In this document: positions 29,194 to 39,397 of the stretch, one piece after another
Layout of the letters: each line of letters starts with the position of its first letter
How positions within the stretch are numbered: position 1 is the stretch's first letter
From: Bdellovibrio sp.
GTDB taxonomy: Bacteria > Bdellovibrionota > Bdellovibrionia > Bdellovibrionales > Bdellovibrionaceae
NCBI GenBank assembly: GCA_036676395.1
Contig: JAKFCY010000002.1
Location: 1,408,001 to 1,472,000, forward strand
DNA length: 64,000 nucleotides
Reading direction: 5' to 3'
The notes under the pieces: model-generated
What the model saw: the letters and a program-made list of their open reading frames with translations, nothing else
Databases searched by the model: none
What the model was told of the DNA's origin: nothing
Made by a program: the position numbers and the translations under genes

Positions 29194-30087
29194 CTAGACT
29201 GCTTTTTCTGAAATTGATTCTAATGTCGTAATGTCGTCTTGTGATAGGTGAGTGGTTTTAAAGCCCACCAAAAAGCCAACAACTTTTGGTCCAAGTTTGA
29301 TTGCAGAGATACAAGCATATTTAAAATCTAATATTTTTAAACCTAATTGATTGATATTAAAAGTTTCAGTGAAATGATTTTTATAAACATTAGTGAATGG
29401 GTTTTCTGCAGTTAAATCATAAGAAAAAATAGCCGTATCTAATTCTTCTTTTTCTAAGTCTTCATCCATTTTATAAAGCTCGGTCATATTTTTTCCTGTC
29501 ACGCGTAAAACGACATAAGCGTCAAATTTTTTACGGGCGATTTCAGAAAAATTACCATGATTTGTCTCTAGATTTTGCCAGACATGATTGTTCGTCATGC
29601 CATTTTCAGCAGGAAGCGGTTGAAGCACCACTGGCTGTACTTCTTCAACTACCGGTTCAAGCACTTTGCGAATTGGCGTGTTTGAAATAAAAGCTAGATT
29701 TTCAGGAGAGCATAAAACAAAAACAGCATTCGGTAGTGAGAGAACTTTATCTGAAAATTCAAGCCCCGCGATCAGTAGTTGTCCATCCCAAGTTTGTAAC
29801 GGAATTAATTCAGAATTAAAAGAAGGATATTGTGAATAGCCTTCAACACAGTCTAAGTGCTGTTTGCGTAATTTCAGAATTGAAGTCTGATCTAATTTTT
29901 CTAACACAGGCACACCGTAAAAAGCACTTGCCCAGGTTTTATAATCAGTCCAATTTAAAAATTGATTTTCTAATGCAATTTTAATTTTTGATTTTTGCAA
30001 TAGCGCAGGATCGCCAGAATTTAATAATTCTTCGACCGATAAAATCGCATCAGGAAAAAAATGCTCCCAGTTTTGCTCTTGCGCCAT
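29194..30087 (-). CDS. hypothetical protein (possible T2SSE_N-like N-domain and GAF-like C-domain)
   Basis: YGVPVL...LIPLQTWDGQLLIA resembles GspE N-domain; C-terminal ACISAIKLGPKVVGFLVG resembles GAF strands. Confidence 0.65.
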   Translation of the reverse strand: MAQEQNWEHFFPDAILSVEELLNSGDPALLQKSKIKIALENQFLNWTDYKTWASAFYGVPVLEKLDQTSILKLRKQHLDCVEGYSQYPSFNSELIPLQTWDGQLLIAGLEFSDKVLSLPNAVFVLCSPENLAFISNTPIRKVLEPVVEEVQPVVLQPLPAENGMTNNHVWQNLETNHGNFSEIARKKFDAYVVLRVTGKNMTELYKMDEDLEKEELDTAIFSYDLTAENPFTNVYKNHFTETFNINQLGLKILDFKYACISAIKLGPKVVGFLVGFKTTHLSQDDITTLESISEKAV

Positions 30088-30094
30088 GTCTTTT

Positions 30095-30122
30095 ATATCG
30101 GACTATGGCCTTGCGATATTTA
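30095..30122 (-). promoter_or_regulatory. sigma28 (FliA)-like promoter
   Basis: TAAA-N16-TCCGATAT on the minus strand, 7 nt before the ATG at 30087. Confidence 0.5.
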
Positions 30123-30247
30123 GCCCGAAGCGCGAAAAGTTGCAGATTAGTCGCCGGTAATTTCTACAAAAATGTCGATATTGTGGACGATCTAACTAAC
30201 CCTGGTCTGGATATGGGGTGTCTAATGAGTAGTTTCAGGAGGAGACT

Positions 30248-30448
30248 ATGACAACAACTCTTATCCAGTGGTTCTCGGTTGCAGGCTTTATCGGTTTAAT
30301 GGCTTTTATTATGGTGTCGAACCGTGAAGTCCAATATAACGAATATAAAGCTCCAGTTGTTGAGGATAAGCCTTCGAAGTCTGAACCAAGACCTGTTTAC
30401 CCTCCGCTTAAGAAAAAGCCTTATACTCGCTCAACGCGAATGGCTTAA
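30248..30448 (+). CDS. small membrane-anchored hypothetical protein
   Basis: Strong SD AGGAGGAG, N-terminal TM, Pro/Lys-rich tail. Confidence 0.75.
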   Translation: MTTTLIQWFSVAGFIGLMAFIMVSNREVQYNEYKAPVVEDKPSKSEPRPVYPPLKKKPYTRSTRMA

Positions 30449-30559
30449 AGGCTAATCTCACGATTTTTGATCTAACTGGTTAATTTTACATAGATAATCT
30501 TTATTGAAACAGCTCTAATCCTTTTCAAAATTTTCATTCTCGTGTAGAAGTCATTAGCC

Positions 30560-31744
30560 ATGCTAAAGATTCCAATTTACCTAGACTTTAATGCGACGGC
30601 TCCGCTATCGCAAAAAGTGATTACCTCCATGCCACAGTTGCTACAACTGTGGGGTAATCCTTCGTCAATTCATTTAGCATCTCGTGGCCCAAAAACTATC
30701 TTACGTGAAACCAAAAAGAAATTAGCTGATTACTTAAAAGTTTCATCATTAGAAATTATTTTTAATTCTGGAGCTTCTGAAGGTAACAACACAGTTTTAA
30801 AATCAGTGTGGAATACTTTCCGTCCAGGAAATCATTTTAATCATTCCGTAAAAAATGAATTTTTAATTTCTGCCGTTGAACATCCAAGTATCACAAAGAC
30901 CGCTCAGTTTTTAGAAACCGAAGGAGCGATTGTTCATTGGATTCCAGTATCGCTTAATGGTGATATTGATTTGAACTTCATCAAAGAAAAATTAAATGAA
31001 CGTACGGCTCTTGTAAGTGTGATGTTTGCTAATAACGAAACAGGTACAGTGTTTCCGATCAAAGACATCGTGGCTTTGGCAAAAGCAAAAAATGTTTTAG
31101 TGCATTCAGATTGCGTACAGGCTTTTGGAAAAACTGATTTCAACCTTCAGGATCTTGGTGTTGATTACGCAACTATCTCAGCTCATAAGTTTTATGCGCT
31201 TAAAGGCTGCGGAGTTTTATTTGCACGAAAGAATGCGCCCTACATCAATTTAGTTCACGGTGGCGGGCAAGAGCGTTCTCGTCGTGGCGGTACCGAAAAT
31301 ATTCTTGGTATTGCTTCATTAGGCGTTATGGTTGATGAATTATCTCAGGTAAGCCATAATGAAACTGAAATCAGAATTCTTCGCGATTATTTTGAAACAG
31401 AAATTAAAGCGCAAATTCCTGCCGTAAGTGTGACTTGCGAAAAATCAATTCGTTTAGCAAACACATCAAGTCTAGTTATCACAGGCGTTGATGGCGAAAC
31501 ACTTCTGGTCAGTCTTGATCTTAAAGGTTTTGCCGTAAGCACAGGCGCAGCCTGCTCAAGCGGAAATCCAGAACCAAGCCCTGTTTTATTGGCGCTAGGT
31601 TTGACTCGTCAGGAAGCGCAAAACTCTTTACGCGTAAGTCTTGGCTGGACAACAACTAAAGAACATATCGATTTATTTATTCATCAGCTAGTTGAAGTTG
31701 TAGAACATCTTCGCGCAATTAATGAGGCACAAACAAATGTCTGA
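30560..31744 (+). CDS. iscS: cysteine desulfurase (IscS/NifS group I)
   Basis: YLDFNAT, GNPSSIH, NNETG, SAHK (PLP Lys), STGAACSSG. Confidence 0.93.
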   Translation: MLKIPIYLDFNATAPLSQKVITSMPQLLQLWGNPSSIHLASRGPKTILRETKKKLADYLKVSSLEIIFNSGASEGNNTVLKSVWNTFRPGNHFNHSVKNEFLISAVEHPSITKTAQFLETEGAIVHWIPVSLNGDIDLNFIKEKLNERTALVSVMFANNETGTVFPIKDIVALAKAKNVLVHSDCVQAFGKTDFNLQDLGVDYATISAHKFYALKGCGVLFARKNAPYINLVHGGGQERSRRGGTENILGIASLGVMVDELSQVSHNETEIRILRDYFETEIKAQIPAVSVTCEKSIRLANTSSLVITGVDGETLLVSLDLKGFAVSTGAACSSGNPEPSPVLLALGLTRQEAQNSLRVSLGWTTTKEHIDLFIHQLVEVVEHLRAINEAQTNV

Positions 31745-32846
31745 TACCGTAAACGTACCAGTTAAAAAGAAAAAAGTATTAGTGGCAATGAGCGGTGGGG
31801 TTGACTCTTCTGTAGCCGCTGCGCTTTTAAAAGAGCAAGGCTACGATGTTGTCGGAGCCACGATGCAGGTTTGGGATTACACCAACTGCGATATCACTGA
31901 AGGTAACGGCACTTGCTGTTCGTCTTTAGACGTTGATGACGCTAGATCTGTGGCTGATAAGTTAGATATTCCGTTTTATGTTTTAAACTGCGAAGCAAAA
32001 TTTAAAGCTTCAGTTATTGATCCATTTATTAATGCTTACCTTCAGGGGCAAACTCCGCTTCCGTGTGTAAACTGCAATACGTATCTAAAATTTGACCATT
32101 TAGTTAAAAAAATGAAAGAGCTAGAGTGCGATTACTTAGCGACTGGTCATTACGCACAGATCATTCAAAGTGCTAGCGGTGAATACCAAATCAAAACTTC
32201 TGAAGATGACTGGAAAGATCAAACATACTTCTTATTCACAATTGATCCAGCGATTGTGCCAAAATTATTATTTCCCATAGGTCATCTTAAAAAGCCTGAA
32301 GTGAGAAAATTAGCTGAAAGCCAAGGGCTAGTTGTTGCAAAGAAAAAAGATTCTCAAGGAATCTGTTTTGTTGGCAATATGGGCTACGATAATTTTATCA
32401 AAGGCCAAGTTTCTGAAATCATTCTAAAATCAAAACGCGGTGTTCTTAAACGTTACCCAACTAATGAAGTTATGGCTCAACATGATGGTATTCACCATTA
32501 CACGATCGGGCAAAGTAAAGGCTTAGGCATGACATATCATGAAAAGCTTTTTGTTATTAAAATTGATGCTACTGATAACACAGTTTGGGTTGGCGAAGAA
32601 AAATACTTATTTCATGATGAAGTTGATGTGATTGAACCGCACATTATTAGTCAATTTACAGATGGCGAAGAACTGTCTGTGAAGATCCGTTATCAGCATA
32701 AAGGCTCAATTGCAAAAGTTGTAAAATCTGAAACTGGTTTTAAATTAAAATTCAAAGAACCACAGCGCGCCATCACTCCAGGACAAGCGGCTGTGTTCTA
32801 TTCTCAAGAAAAAGTATTGCTCGGAGGCGGATGGATCAAGTTGTAA
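31737..32846 (+). CDS. mnmA: tRNA 2-thiouridylase
   Basis: AMSGGVDS, PCVNCN, ATGHY, KDQTYFL, DSQGICF, YTIGQ, TPGQ; start ATG 31737 preferred. Confidence 0.98.
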   Translation: MSDTVNVPVKKKKVLVAMSGGVDSSVAAALLKEQGYDVVGATMQVWDYTNCDITEGNGTCCSSLDVDDARSVADKLDIPFYVLNCEAKFKASVIDPFINAYLQGQTPLPCVNCNTYLKFDHLVKKMKELECDYLATGHYAQIIQSASGEYQIKTSEDDWKDQTYFLFTIDPAIVPKLLFPIGHLKKPEVRKLAESQGLVVAKKKDSQGICFVGNMGYDNFIKGQVSEIILKSKRGVLKRYPTNEVMAQHDGIHHYTIGQSKGLGMTYHEKLFVIKIDATDNTVWVGEEKYLFHDEVDVIEPHIISQFTDGEELSVKIRYQHKGSIAKVVKSETGFKLKFKEPQRAITPGQAAVFYSQEKVLLGGGWIKL

Positions 32847-34186
32847 TGCCGTCAATGGCTTCAGATCAATTCGTGGTGCACACGTTCGGTTGTAAGGTAA
32901 ACACTTACGACGGTGGTCTTATTCAAAAGAATATGACCACCCATGGGTTTAAATTAAACTCAGGCCGTTTAAGTATCGAGACTTTAGATAAAACTAAAGC
33001 TCAGATTCATATTTTAAACACCTGCGCTGTAACAGCAGAAGCCACTAAAGAAGCCGTTAAAATAATTCGTAAGATCAAAGCACAACAGCCTTTTTCTACA
33101 ATCATTGTAACAGGCTGTGCGGCACAAGTTGATACGGGAGCTTTTGAGAATCTTCCTGGCGCAGATTTAGTGATCGCTAACTCACACAAAGGTTTGCTTC
33201 CAGACCTTTTGAAAAAGCATTTTCGTGGCGAACTTCAACAAAAGACCTTCAAATCAAATATTTTTAAAAAAGAAGAGTTAGAAGCTGATGGTGGCGAAGA
33301 AGCAGCTCATACTAGAACATTCTTAAAAATTCAAGATGGCTGTAATTCGTTTTGTTCATTCTGTATTATTCCGTATGCTCGTGGTAAGAGCCGTTCTATT
33401 TCAATTTCCCATATCGTTGATAAAATTAATCAAATAGTTAGTGAAGGCAAAAAAGAAGTTGTTCTGACTGGCGTTCATATCGGCGACTATGAAGACAACG
33501 GTAAGAACATGGATGATTTAGTTGAAGCAGTTTTAGCGCGCACAACGATTTCGCGTGTACGCCTATCATCACTTGAACCTATTGAAATCTCAGATCGCTT
33601 ATTAGCAATGTACGAAAATCCAAGATTATGCGCTCACTTTCACATGAGTATTCAATCGGCAGATTCGGAAACGTTAAAAGAAATGAAGCGTAAATATTCA
33701 CAAGAACAAGTTGCATCTGCGTTACATAACATTTCAAAGGTGAAAGATGTGTTTGTCGGCATGGATGTGATCGCAGGATTTCCATCAGAAACCGAAGAGC
33801 AATTTGAAAATACCTACAAATGTTTAGCTGAAACTCCTTGGACACGTTTGCATGTGTTTCCGTACAGTGAACGCAGCGGTACTCGTGCTGCGATTATGGA
33901 TCAAGTGCCACACCATGTTCGTAAAGAACGTGCTGCGCGCTTACGTGAATTAAGTTTACATCGTTTTCAGACTGAGGCTTTGAAACAAGTTGGTAACATT
34001 CACCAAACATTGATTTTAAATAAAGCTTCTAAAAAAGCTGAAGGCTTAACTCGTAATTACTGGCCAGTCAGACTTAATTTATCTGAAGATAAATTAAAAG
34101 AATTAGCTGGGTTGGAAGTACAAGTAAAAATCACGGCAGTTAATTTTGAAACGGGCGAAGGCCAGCTTGAAGGGGTTATTGTATGA
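32831..34186 (+). CDS. mtaB: tRNA t6A methylthiotransferase
   Basis: TFGCKVN, NTCAVT, VTGC, KIQDGCNSFCSFC radical SAM motif, HVFPYSER.GT. Confidence 0.93.
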   Translation: MDQVVMPSMASDQFVVHTFGCKVNTYDGGLIQKNMTTHGFKLNSGRLSIETLDKTKAQIHILNTCAVTAEATKEAVKIIRKIKAQQPFSTIIVTGCAAQVDTGAFENLPGADLVIANSHKGLLPDLLKKHFRGELQQKTFKSNIFKKEELEADGGEEAAHTRTFLKIQDGCNSFCSFCIIPYARGKSRSISISHIVDKINQIVSEGKKEVVLTGVHIGDYEDNGKNMDDLVEAVLARTTISRVRLSSLEPIEISDRLLAMYENPRLCAHFHMSIQSADSETLKEMKRKYSQEQVASALHNISKVKDVFVGMDVIAGFPSETEEQFENTYKCLAETPWTRLHVFPYSERSGTRAAIMDQVPHHVRKERAARLRELSLHRFQTEALKQVGNIHQTLILNKASKKAEGLTRNYWPVRLNLSEDKLKELAGLEVQVKITAVNFETGEGQLEGVIV

Positions 34187-34902
34187 TTCCTCAAAGTTTA
34201 GAACAAAACATCAATTACAAATTTAAAGACCGCGATCTATTGTTAGAAGCCTTAACTCATAAAAGTTACTGCATTAATGAAAAGAAAAAACTTTCTCATA
34301 ACGAACGTTTAGAATACTTAGGCGATGCGATCTTAGGGTTTGTCTTGGCTGAACAGCTTATGCAGCTTTTTCCACAGGATAACGAAGGGCTTTTATCTAA
34401 AAAGCGCGCAAGTCTTGTTAATCAAGACGTGTTGTCGCAAAAAGCATTAAACCTTAAATTAGACACCTTGTTAATTTTAGGTCCTGGCGAAAAAGAGCAA
34501 GAATCACATTTAAAACCTAGAATTTTATGTTCAGCTTATGAAGCTATGTTAGGCGCAATTTATTTAGATTCTGATTTTTTAAATATCAGAAGCTGGATTC
34601 AAAAAGAATTTAAACCGGACATCCAACAGATCAAGCCAGATCTGGAATTTGAACGTGATTACAAAACAAGACTGCAAGAGCTTACGCAAAAAATTAAATT
34701 AGGTATGCCAGAATATCAACTGATCGGCACTGAAGGGCCATCACATAACCCAGAATTTTTAGTTGGAATTTTTCTGACTGAAGATGGCAAAGCGGTCGAA
34801 AAGTTTCGTGCGACCGGTAAAAGCAAAAAAGCAGCCGAACAAGCGGCAGCTCAACAATTAATGAATTATTTAGAAACAGATCATAAAAGGAAAAGCACAT
34901 AG
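34183..34902 (+). CDS. rnc: ribonuclease III
   Basis: ALTHKS, NERLEYLGDA, EAMLGAIYLD, dsRBD (KTRLQE, SKKAAEQ). Confidence 0.97.
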   Translation: MIPQSLEQNINYKFKDRDLLLEALTHKSYCINEKKKLSHNERLEYLGDAILGFVLAEQLMQLFPQDNEGLLSKKRASLVNQDVLSQKALNLKLDTLLILGPGEKEQESHLKPRILCSAYEAMLGAIYLDSDFLNIRSWIQKEFKPDIQQIKPDLEFERDYKTRLQELTQKIKLGMPEYQLIGTEGPSHNPEFLVGIFLTEDGKAVEKFRATGKSKKAAEQAAAQQLMNYLETDHKRKST

Positions 34903-35822
34903 TGGAAACTACAGAAAAAAAATCATTTAAAGCAGGGTTCTTAGGCTTAATCGGTCAACCCAACGCTGGTAAGAGCTCTTTATTAAACTTTTTAGTTAAA
35001 GAAAAAGTATCTATCGTTACTAATAAGCCACAAACAACTCGTCGTCGCATCACTGGACTTCATACTTCTGAAGCTGGCCAGATTGTATTTATCGATGCTC
35101 CGGGTTTAGTAAAATCAACTTCAGGCTTAAATACTTTTTTAGAAAAAGAAGCTCATGACGTGATTAGAAGCTCTGATGCTTTAGTTGCTGTACTTTCTGT
35201 TGATGAAGATTCAGCTGAACGCAATGAAGAGATCTTAGAGCTAATCACTAAATCTAAAAAGCCTTGGCTTGCGGTCATCACTAAAGTTGATTTAAAAGAA
35301 ACTCAGCATCGTGTGATGATTTTAAAAGGTATCGTTGAAAAGTTCGGCGGAAAAGCCCTTACTGTTTCAAATACAAAATTTAAAGATGAGGATCGCAATG
35401 AAATCTTAGCGAAATTGGTTCAAATTCTACCTGAGTCAGATCGTCATCTTTATGATCCAGAAATGTTCACGACTGAAAATGTGCGTGGCTTAGTTGAAGA
35501 AATCATCCGTGAAAAATGTTTTCAAGTTTTACATCACGAAATTCCTTACCAATTAGCTGTTCAAATCAGAAAATTTGATGAAGACGCCAAACCTTGTCCT
35601 AAGATCTACGCTGACATCATGGTTGGCCAAGATTCACATAAGCCAATCGTGGTTGGTAAAGGTGCAGCAGTTATTAAAGAGATCGGCCAGCTTTCTCGTA
35701 AAGAGATCGAAAGCTTAATGGGCGAAAAAGTTTACTTAGAATTAAATGTAACAGTTAAAGCAAATTGGTTTGAAAACAAACAAACCCTGAAAGAGTTGAA
35801 GTATGTCGTTGATTCCGAATAG
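34902..35822 (+). CDS. era: GTPase Era
   Basis: GQPNAGKS, QTTR, EIPY, C-terminal KH domain. Confidence 0.97.
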   Translation: METTEKKSFKAGFLGLIGQPNAGKSSLLNFLVKEKVSIVTNKPQTTRRRITGLHTSEAGQIVFIDAPGLVKSTSGLNTFLEKEAHDVIRSSDALVAVLSVDEDSAERNEEILELITKSKKPWLAVITKVDLKETQHRVMILKGIVEKFGGKALTVSNTKFKDEDRNEILAKLVQILPESDRHLYDPEMFTTENVRGLVEEIIREKCFQVLHHEIPYQLAVQIRKFDEDAKPCPKIYADIMVGQDSHKPIVVGKGAAVIKEIGQLSRKEIESLMGEKVYLELNVTVKANWFENKQTLKELKYVVDSE

Positions 35823-37164
35823 TTCTGAGGGTTTTGTTGATTCGCCAAAGGTTGCCATTATCGGCCGACCAAACGTTGGTAAATCTACGTTATTTAATAT
35901 TTTAACTGATTCACGTAAAGCTGTTGTAAAAAATCAACCTGGTGTTACTCGTGATATTCTTATTGAACCAGTAGATATCTGGGGTAAAAAATTTGATCTT
36001 ATCGATACGGGTGGTGTGACTGAGGCTACTGATTTATTCTCAAAATTAATCAAAGAACAAGTCACTGAATTTTTATTCACCGTTGATTTTATCGTTGCCG
36101 TAATGGATGGTCGTGCAGGATTACTTCCTGAAGATCGCGATATTATTAAAATCGCAAAACAAACGGGTAAACCGATTCTTTTAGTGGTTAATAAAGTTGA
36201 TAGCCCGCACGAAGATGATCTGTTAAAGGCTGATTTCCATGAATTCGGTTTGGATGTTATGGGCTGCAGTTTTGAGCAGCGCCGTGGTGTTGGTGATGTT
36301 TTACAGTGGATTGTAAGTATGGTTCCTGAAATTCCAAAAGAAATCGGAAAATCACTTCGTATCGCTATGGTGGGTAAACCCAACGTTGGTAAAAGCTCTT
36401 TATGTAATTGTCTTCTAAAGCAAAATCGTATGTTAGTGAGTGAGATCGCCGGAACAACTATTGATTCAGTCGATGCGCCGTTTAGATTTAATGACCGTGA
36501 TTATATGTTAGTTGATACTGCAGGTTTGAGACGGCAATCAAAACGTGATGAAGGCTTAGAGATGATCTCAGCGTTTAAATCACAAGAATCAATTCGTAGA
36601 GCCGATGTCGTGTTATTAGTTATCGATGGCGTTTTAGGGCCGTCAGAACAAGATGCTAAGATCCTGCAAGCTATTTTAGATGACCATAAAGGTGTTGTTT
36701 GCGTAGCTAACAAGTCTGACTTAGGTCAGGAAGAAATCGAAAAATACCGTGAAACATTCCGCGCACAAGTTGCACGAGTGTTCCATTTTTTTGTCGACAT
36801 TCCATTAGTGTTTACGTCGGCTTTAAAATCTCAGGGAATCAAAGACCTTTTTGATGAAATCGAGCGCGTTGCAGATAAACGCAGTCTACAAATCAAGACT
36901 TCAGAGTTAAATGATTTCTTCTTTGAAACAATTCGTAAAGCTCCAGCTCCGGTTTGGGGTCAAACGAATGTTAAGTTTTACTACTTAACTCAGACTTACC
37001 AAAAACCACCGGCATTTATCGCATTTTGTAATCACCCAGAAGGTGTTCATAATTCGTACCGTCGATTCTTGATTAAGAACATGAAAGAGAAATTTGATCT
37101 TCATGGTATTCCTATCAGAATTTACTGTATGAAATCTCGTCGTGGCGGAGAAAGTAATCTGTAA
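35803..37164 (+). CDS. der: ribosome biogenesis GTPase Der
   Basis: Two tandem G domains (GRPNVGKS, GKPNVGKS). Confidence 0.98.
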   Translation: MSLIPNSSEGFVDSPKVAIIGRPNVGKSTLFNILTDSRKAVVKNQPGVTRDILIEPVDIWGKKFDLIDTGGVTEATDLFSKLIKEQVTEFLFTVDFIVAVMDGRAGLLPEDRDIIKIAKQTGKPILLVVNKVDSPHEDDLLKADFHEFGLDVMGCSFEQRRGVGDVLQWIVSMVPEIPKEIGKSLRIAMVGKPNVGKSSLCNCLLKQNRMLVSEIAGTTIDSVDAPFRFNDRDYMLVDTAGLRRQSKRDEGLEMISAFKSQESIRRADVVLLVIDGVLGPSEQDAKILQAILDDHKGVVCVANKSDLGQEEIEKYRETFRAQVARVFHFFVDIPLVFTSALKSQGIKDLFDEIERVADKRSLQIKTSELNDFFFETIRKAPAPVWGQTNVKFYYLTQTYQKPPAFIAFCNHPEGVHNSYRRFLIKNMKEKFDLHGIPIRIYCMKSRRGGESNL

Positions 37165-38549
37165 TGCCGACTAATAAGTTCACCGGAAAAATTCTATGGC
37201 GTAATCGTTTTGCGTTTTATCTTTTGGCCGTGGGTTCTGCCTGCGGTCTGGGTAATATTTGGCGATTCCCGTACGTAGCCGGTGAAAATGGAGGAGGAGC
37301 TTTTATCCTTCTGTATTTATTATTAGCTTTTACTATTGGTGTTTCGATTTTAATTGCCGAGCTGATGTTAGGTAAAAAATCAGAGGCCAGTCTTTTAAAA
37401 ATTACTCAACGTGTTTCGACGACCCATAAAAAACCATTTTTCTGGATTTCGCGGTTAACTTTAACAATTACGGTGGTTATTTTATCGTATTACTCGGTGA
37501 TCAGCGGCTGGGTTTTGCATTATATCACGCAGTTTATAGTTGGCTTTTTTCGTGGTGATACGCTTGCGTATATTTCATCGTTGAATATGAAAGTCTTAAC
37601 GGATAACGGCTGGTTGCAGTTTGCTTTAGCTTCGGTGCATTTAATCGTAGCGGGACTTATCGTAGGACAAAGAATCACCAATCGTTTTGAGAAAATCTTA
37701 ACGACATTTATTATTCCGGTGTTTATATTTTTATTTGCGATGTTACTTGTGCGCTCACTGTCGTTAGACTCGGCTCCTGAAGTGTTGCGTTTTATCTTTT
37801 ACCCTGACTTTTCTAAATTAAACTTGCGCTCTTTAGGGCATGCCATTGGCCACGTTTTCTTCACGTTATCAATCGGGGTAGGGGCATTAGTTACGTTTGG
37901 CTCATACTTTAAAGATGAGGATCATCTGCCTAAAGTCGGCTTTCGCGTGATGATGGTAGATATCATGATTTCGCTATTTTCGGTGTTATTGGTTTTTCCA
38001 ATTGCATTTACGATTGGCGAAAAACCACTGACTGACCCAAGTTTGTTATTTGAATCACTGCCACGTCTATTTATGAAGATTCAATTTGGCCCGCTATTTG
38101 GTCTGGCATTTTTTATCTGTCTCTGGGCAGCAGCTCTTAACGCCAGTGTGGGTTTGCTAGAAACACTGGCTTCAAACTACTCAGAAAGATATTTAAAATC
38201 AGATCGTAAGTCTTCGATTTGGTTGATTGTTCTGATTACTTTAGGTTTTACGGTGATTCCGGCCTTTTCTGGGTCTGGACTTAAAAATGTGAAGCTATTT
38301 GATCAGACGTTATTAGAAAATATCGATTCATTTCTGATTAATTACCTTTTGCCAATTTCAGGATTAGGCATGATCTTTTTATTTTTCAAAGCTTTGCCTA
38401 TGGCCGATCAAAAAGACTTATTCTTAGATGAAAAAACTGAATCCAGTTATGCCTTAATCAATTACTGGCAAGTGATGCTAAAATACATTGCTCCGGTATT
38501 GATCGCGCTGGGTATTATTCTACAGATTGTGGCGTTATTTAAAAATTAG
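37164..38549 (+). CDS. sodium-dependent transporter (NSS family)
   Basis: GSACGLGNIWRFPYVAGENGGGAF; many TM segments. Confidence 0.95.
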   Translation: MPTNKFTGKILWRNRFAFYLLAVGSACGLGNIWRFPYVAGENGGGAFILLYLLLAFTIGVSILIAELMLGKKSEASLLKITQRVSTTHKKPFFWISRLTLTITVVILSYYSVISGWVLHYITQFIVGFFRGDTLAYISSLNMKVLTDNGWLQFALASVHLIVAGLIVGQRITNRFEKILTTFIIPVFIFLFAMLLVRSLSLDSAPEVLRFIFYPDFSKLNLRSLGHAIGHVFFTLSIGVGALVTFGSYFKDEDHLPKVGFRVMMVDIMISLFSVLLVFPIAFTIGEKPLTDPSLLFESLPRLFMKIQFGPLFGLAFFICLWAAALNASVGLLETLASNYSERYLKSDRKSSIWLIVLITLGFTVIPAFSGSGLKNVKLFDQTLLENIDSFLINYLLPISGLGMIFLFFKALPMADQKDLFLDEKTESSYALINYWQVMLKYIAPVLIALGIILQIVALFKN

Positions 38550-39324
38550 TTCCTAAAATAAAATTTATTTCGTAAATATCGCCATCTAAGTGGGGTTGGA
38601 TAGCTTGCAGGTTAGGTGTTCCTGTGCCGCCTTCGTCGATGAAAAAATTATTCTCATCCGGAAATTGCACAAAGTTATAAATCGCCTGGGCGCCGAAGTA
38701 AAAGCGGCGCTGAACCAGTGGAATCTCAATGCCCGTACCTAAGCGAAACCCAGCTACTTTATCAGGCTCGTTCGCAAAACTTTCATTTAAGTTATAAGTT
38801 CTGACAAACATGCCGGCTCCGATTAACATGTAAGGGTTCAGGTCTGCCAAGCCCTTGGTGACGTTATCGGTGTTGACGTAATATTTCATGTGCAGATCAA
38901 AAATTTGAATATTCACCGTGCCGGTGTAGGTGTTATTCGCGCTTGAAAAAGCCACACCATGATCGCCCGTTGTGTAACTTAAGGCTGTGGCTAAATTCAA
39001 ATCAAAGAAGTAACTAAATTGAACCCCATAATCTAGTGCGCCTTCGTATCCTTCGGCAAAGCCTTTTGTGAAATCACGATACCCCAGTAAAAGCCCCAGA
39101 GTTAAATAACGGCCATTGCGCAAAAAATGGATATCAGCTTCTTCGTCGGTTTCTTGGTCGAACTCATTGTAATCCGAGAACGGATCAAATGAATCATCAG
39201 CTTCTGGAGTTGTTGTTTGAGCATAACTTGGAAGCGCCGTAAAAGTCAGAATGATAGCCGGGATGCTGACTAAAACGAATGCAAAAGTAAGTCTATAGAT
39301 GTGGCGCAAAAGCTGTTTTTTCAT
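38539..39324 (-). CDS. outer-membrane beta-barrel protein
   Basis: Signal peptide, acidic linker, alternating beta-strands, C-terminal Phe. Confidence 0.8.
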   Translation of the reverse strand: MKKQLLRHIYRLTFAFVLVSIPAIILTFTALPSYAQTTTPEADDSFDPFSDYNEFDQETDEEADIHFLRNGRYLTLGLLLGYRDFTKGFAEGYEGALDYGVQFSYFFDLNLATALSYTTGDHGVAFSSANNTYTGTVNIQIFDLHMKYYVNTDNVTKGLADLNPYMLIGAGMFVRTYNLNESFANEPDKVAGFRLGTGIEIPLVQRRFYFGAQAIYNFVQFPDENNFFIDEGGTGTPNLQAIQPHLDGDIYEINFILGTNF

Positions 39325-39397
39325 GATCAGGCTTTAAGTATGCACAAAGTGGTTTGTAAGGTTAAGTCTGGAGGCGTTAGAGATTTGAATCTTTCCA

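Noticed and set aside
29988..30251. 87-aa plus-strand ORF
   Set aside because: Spans a divergent promoter region and overlaps the opposite-strand gene; no coding features
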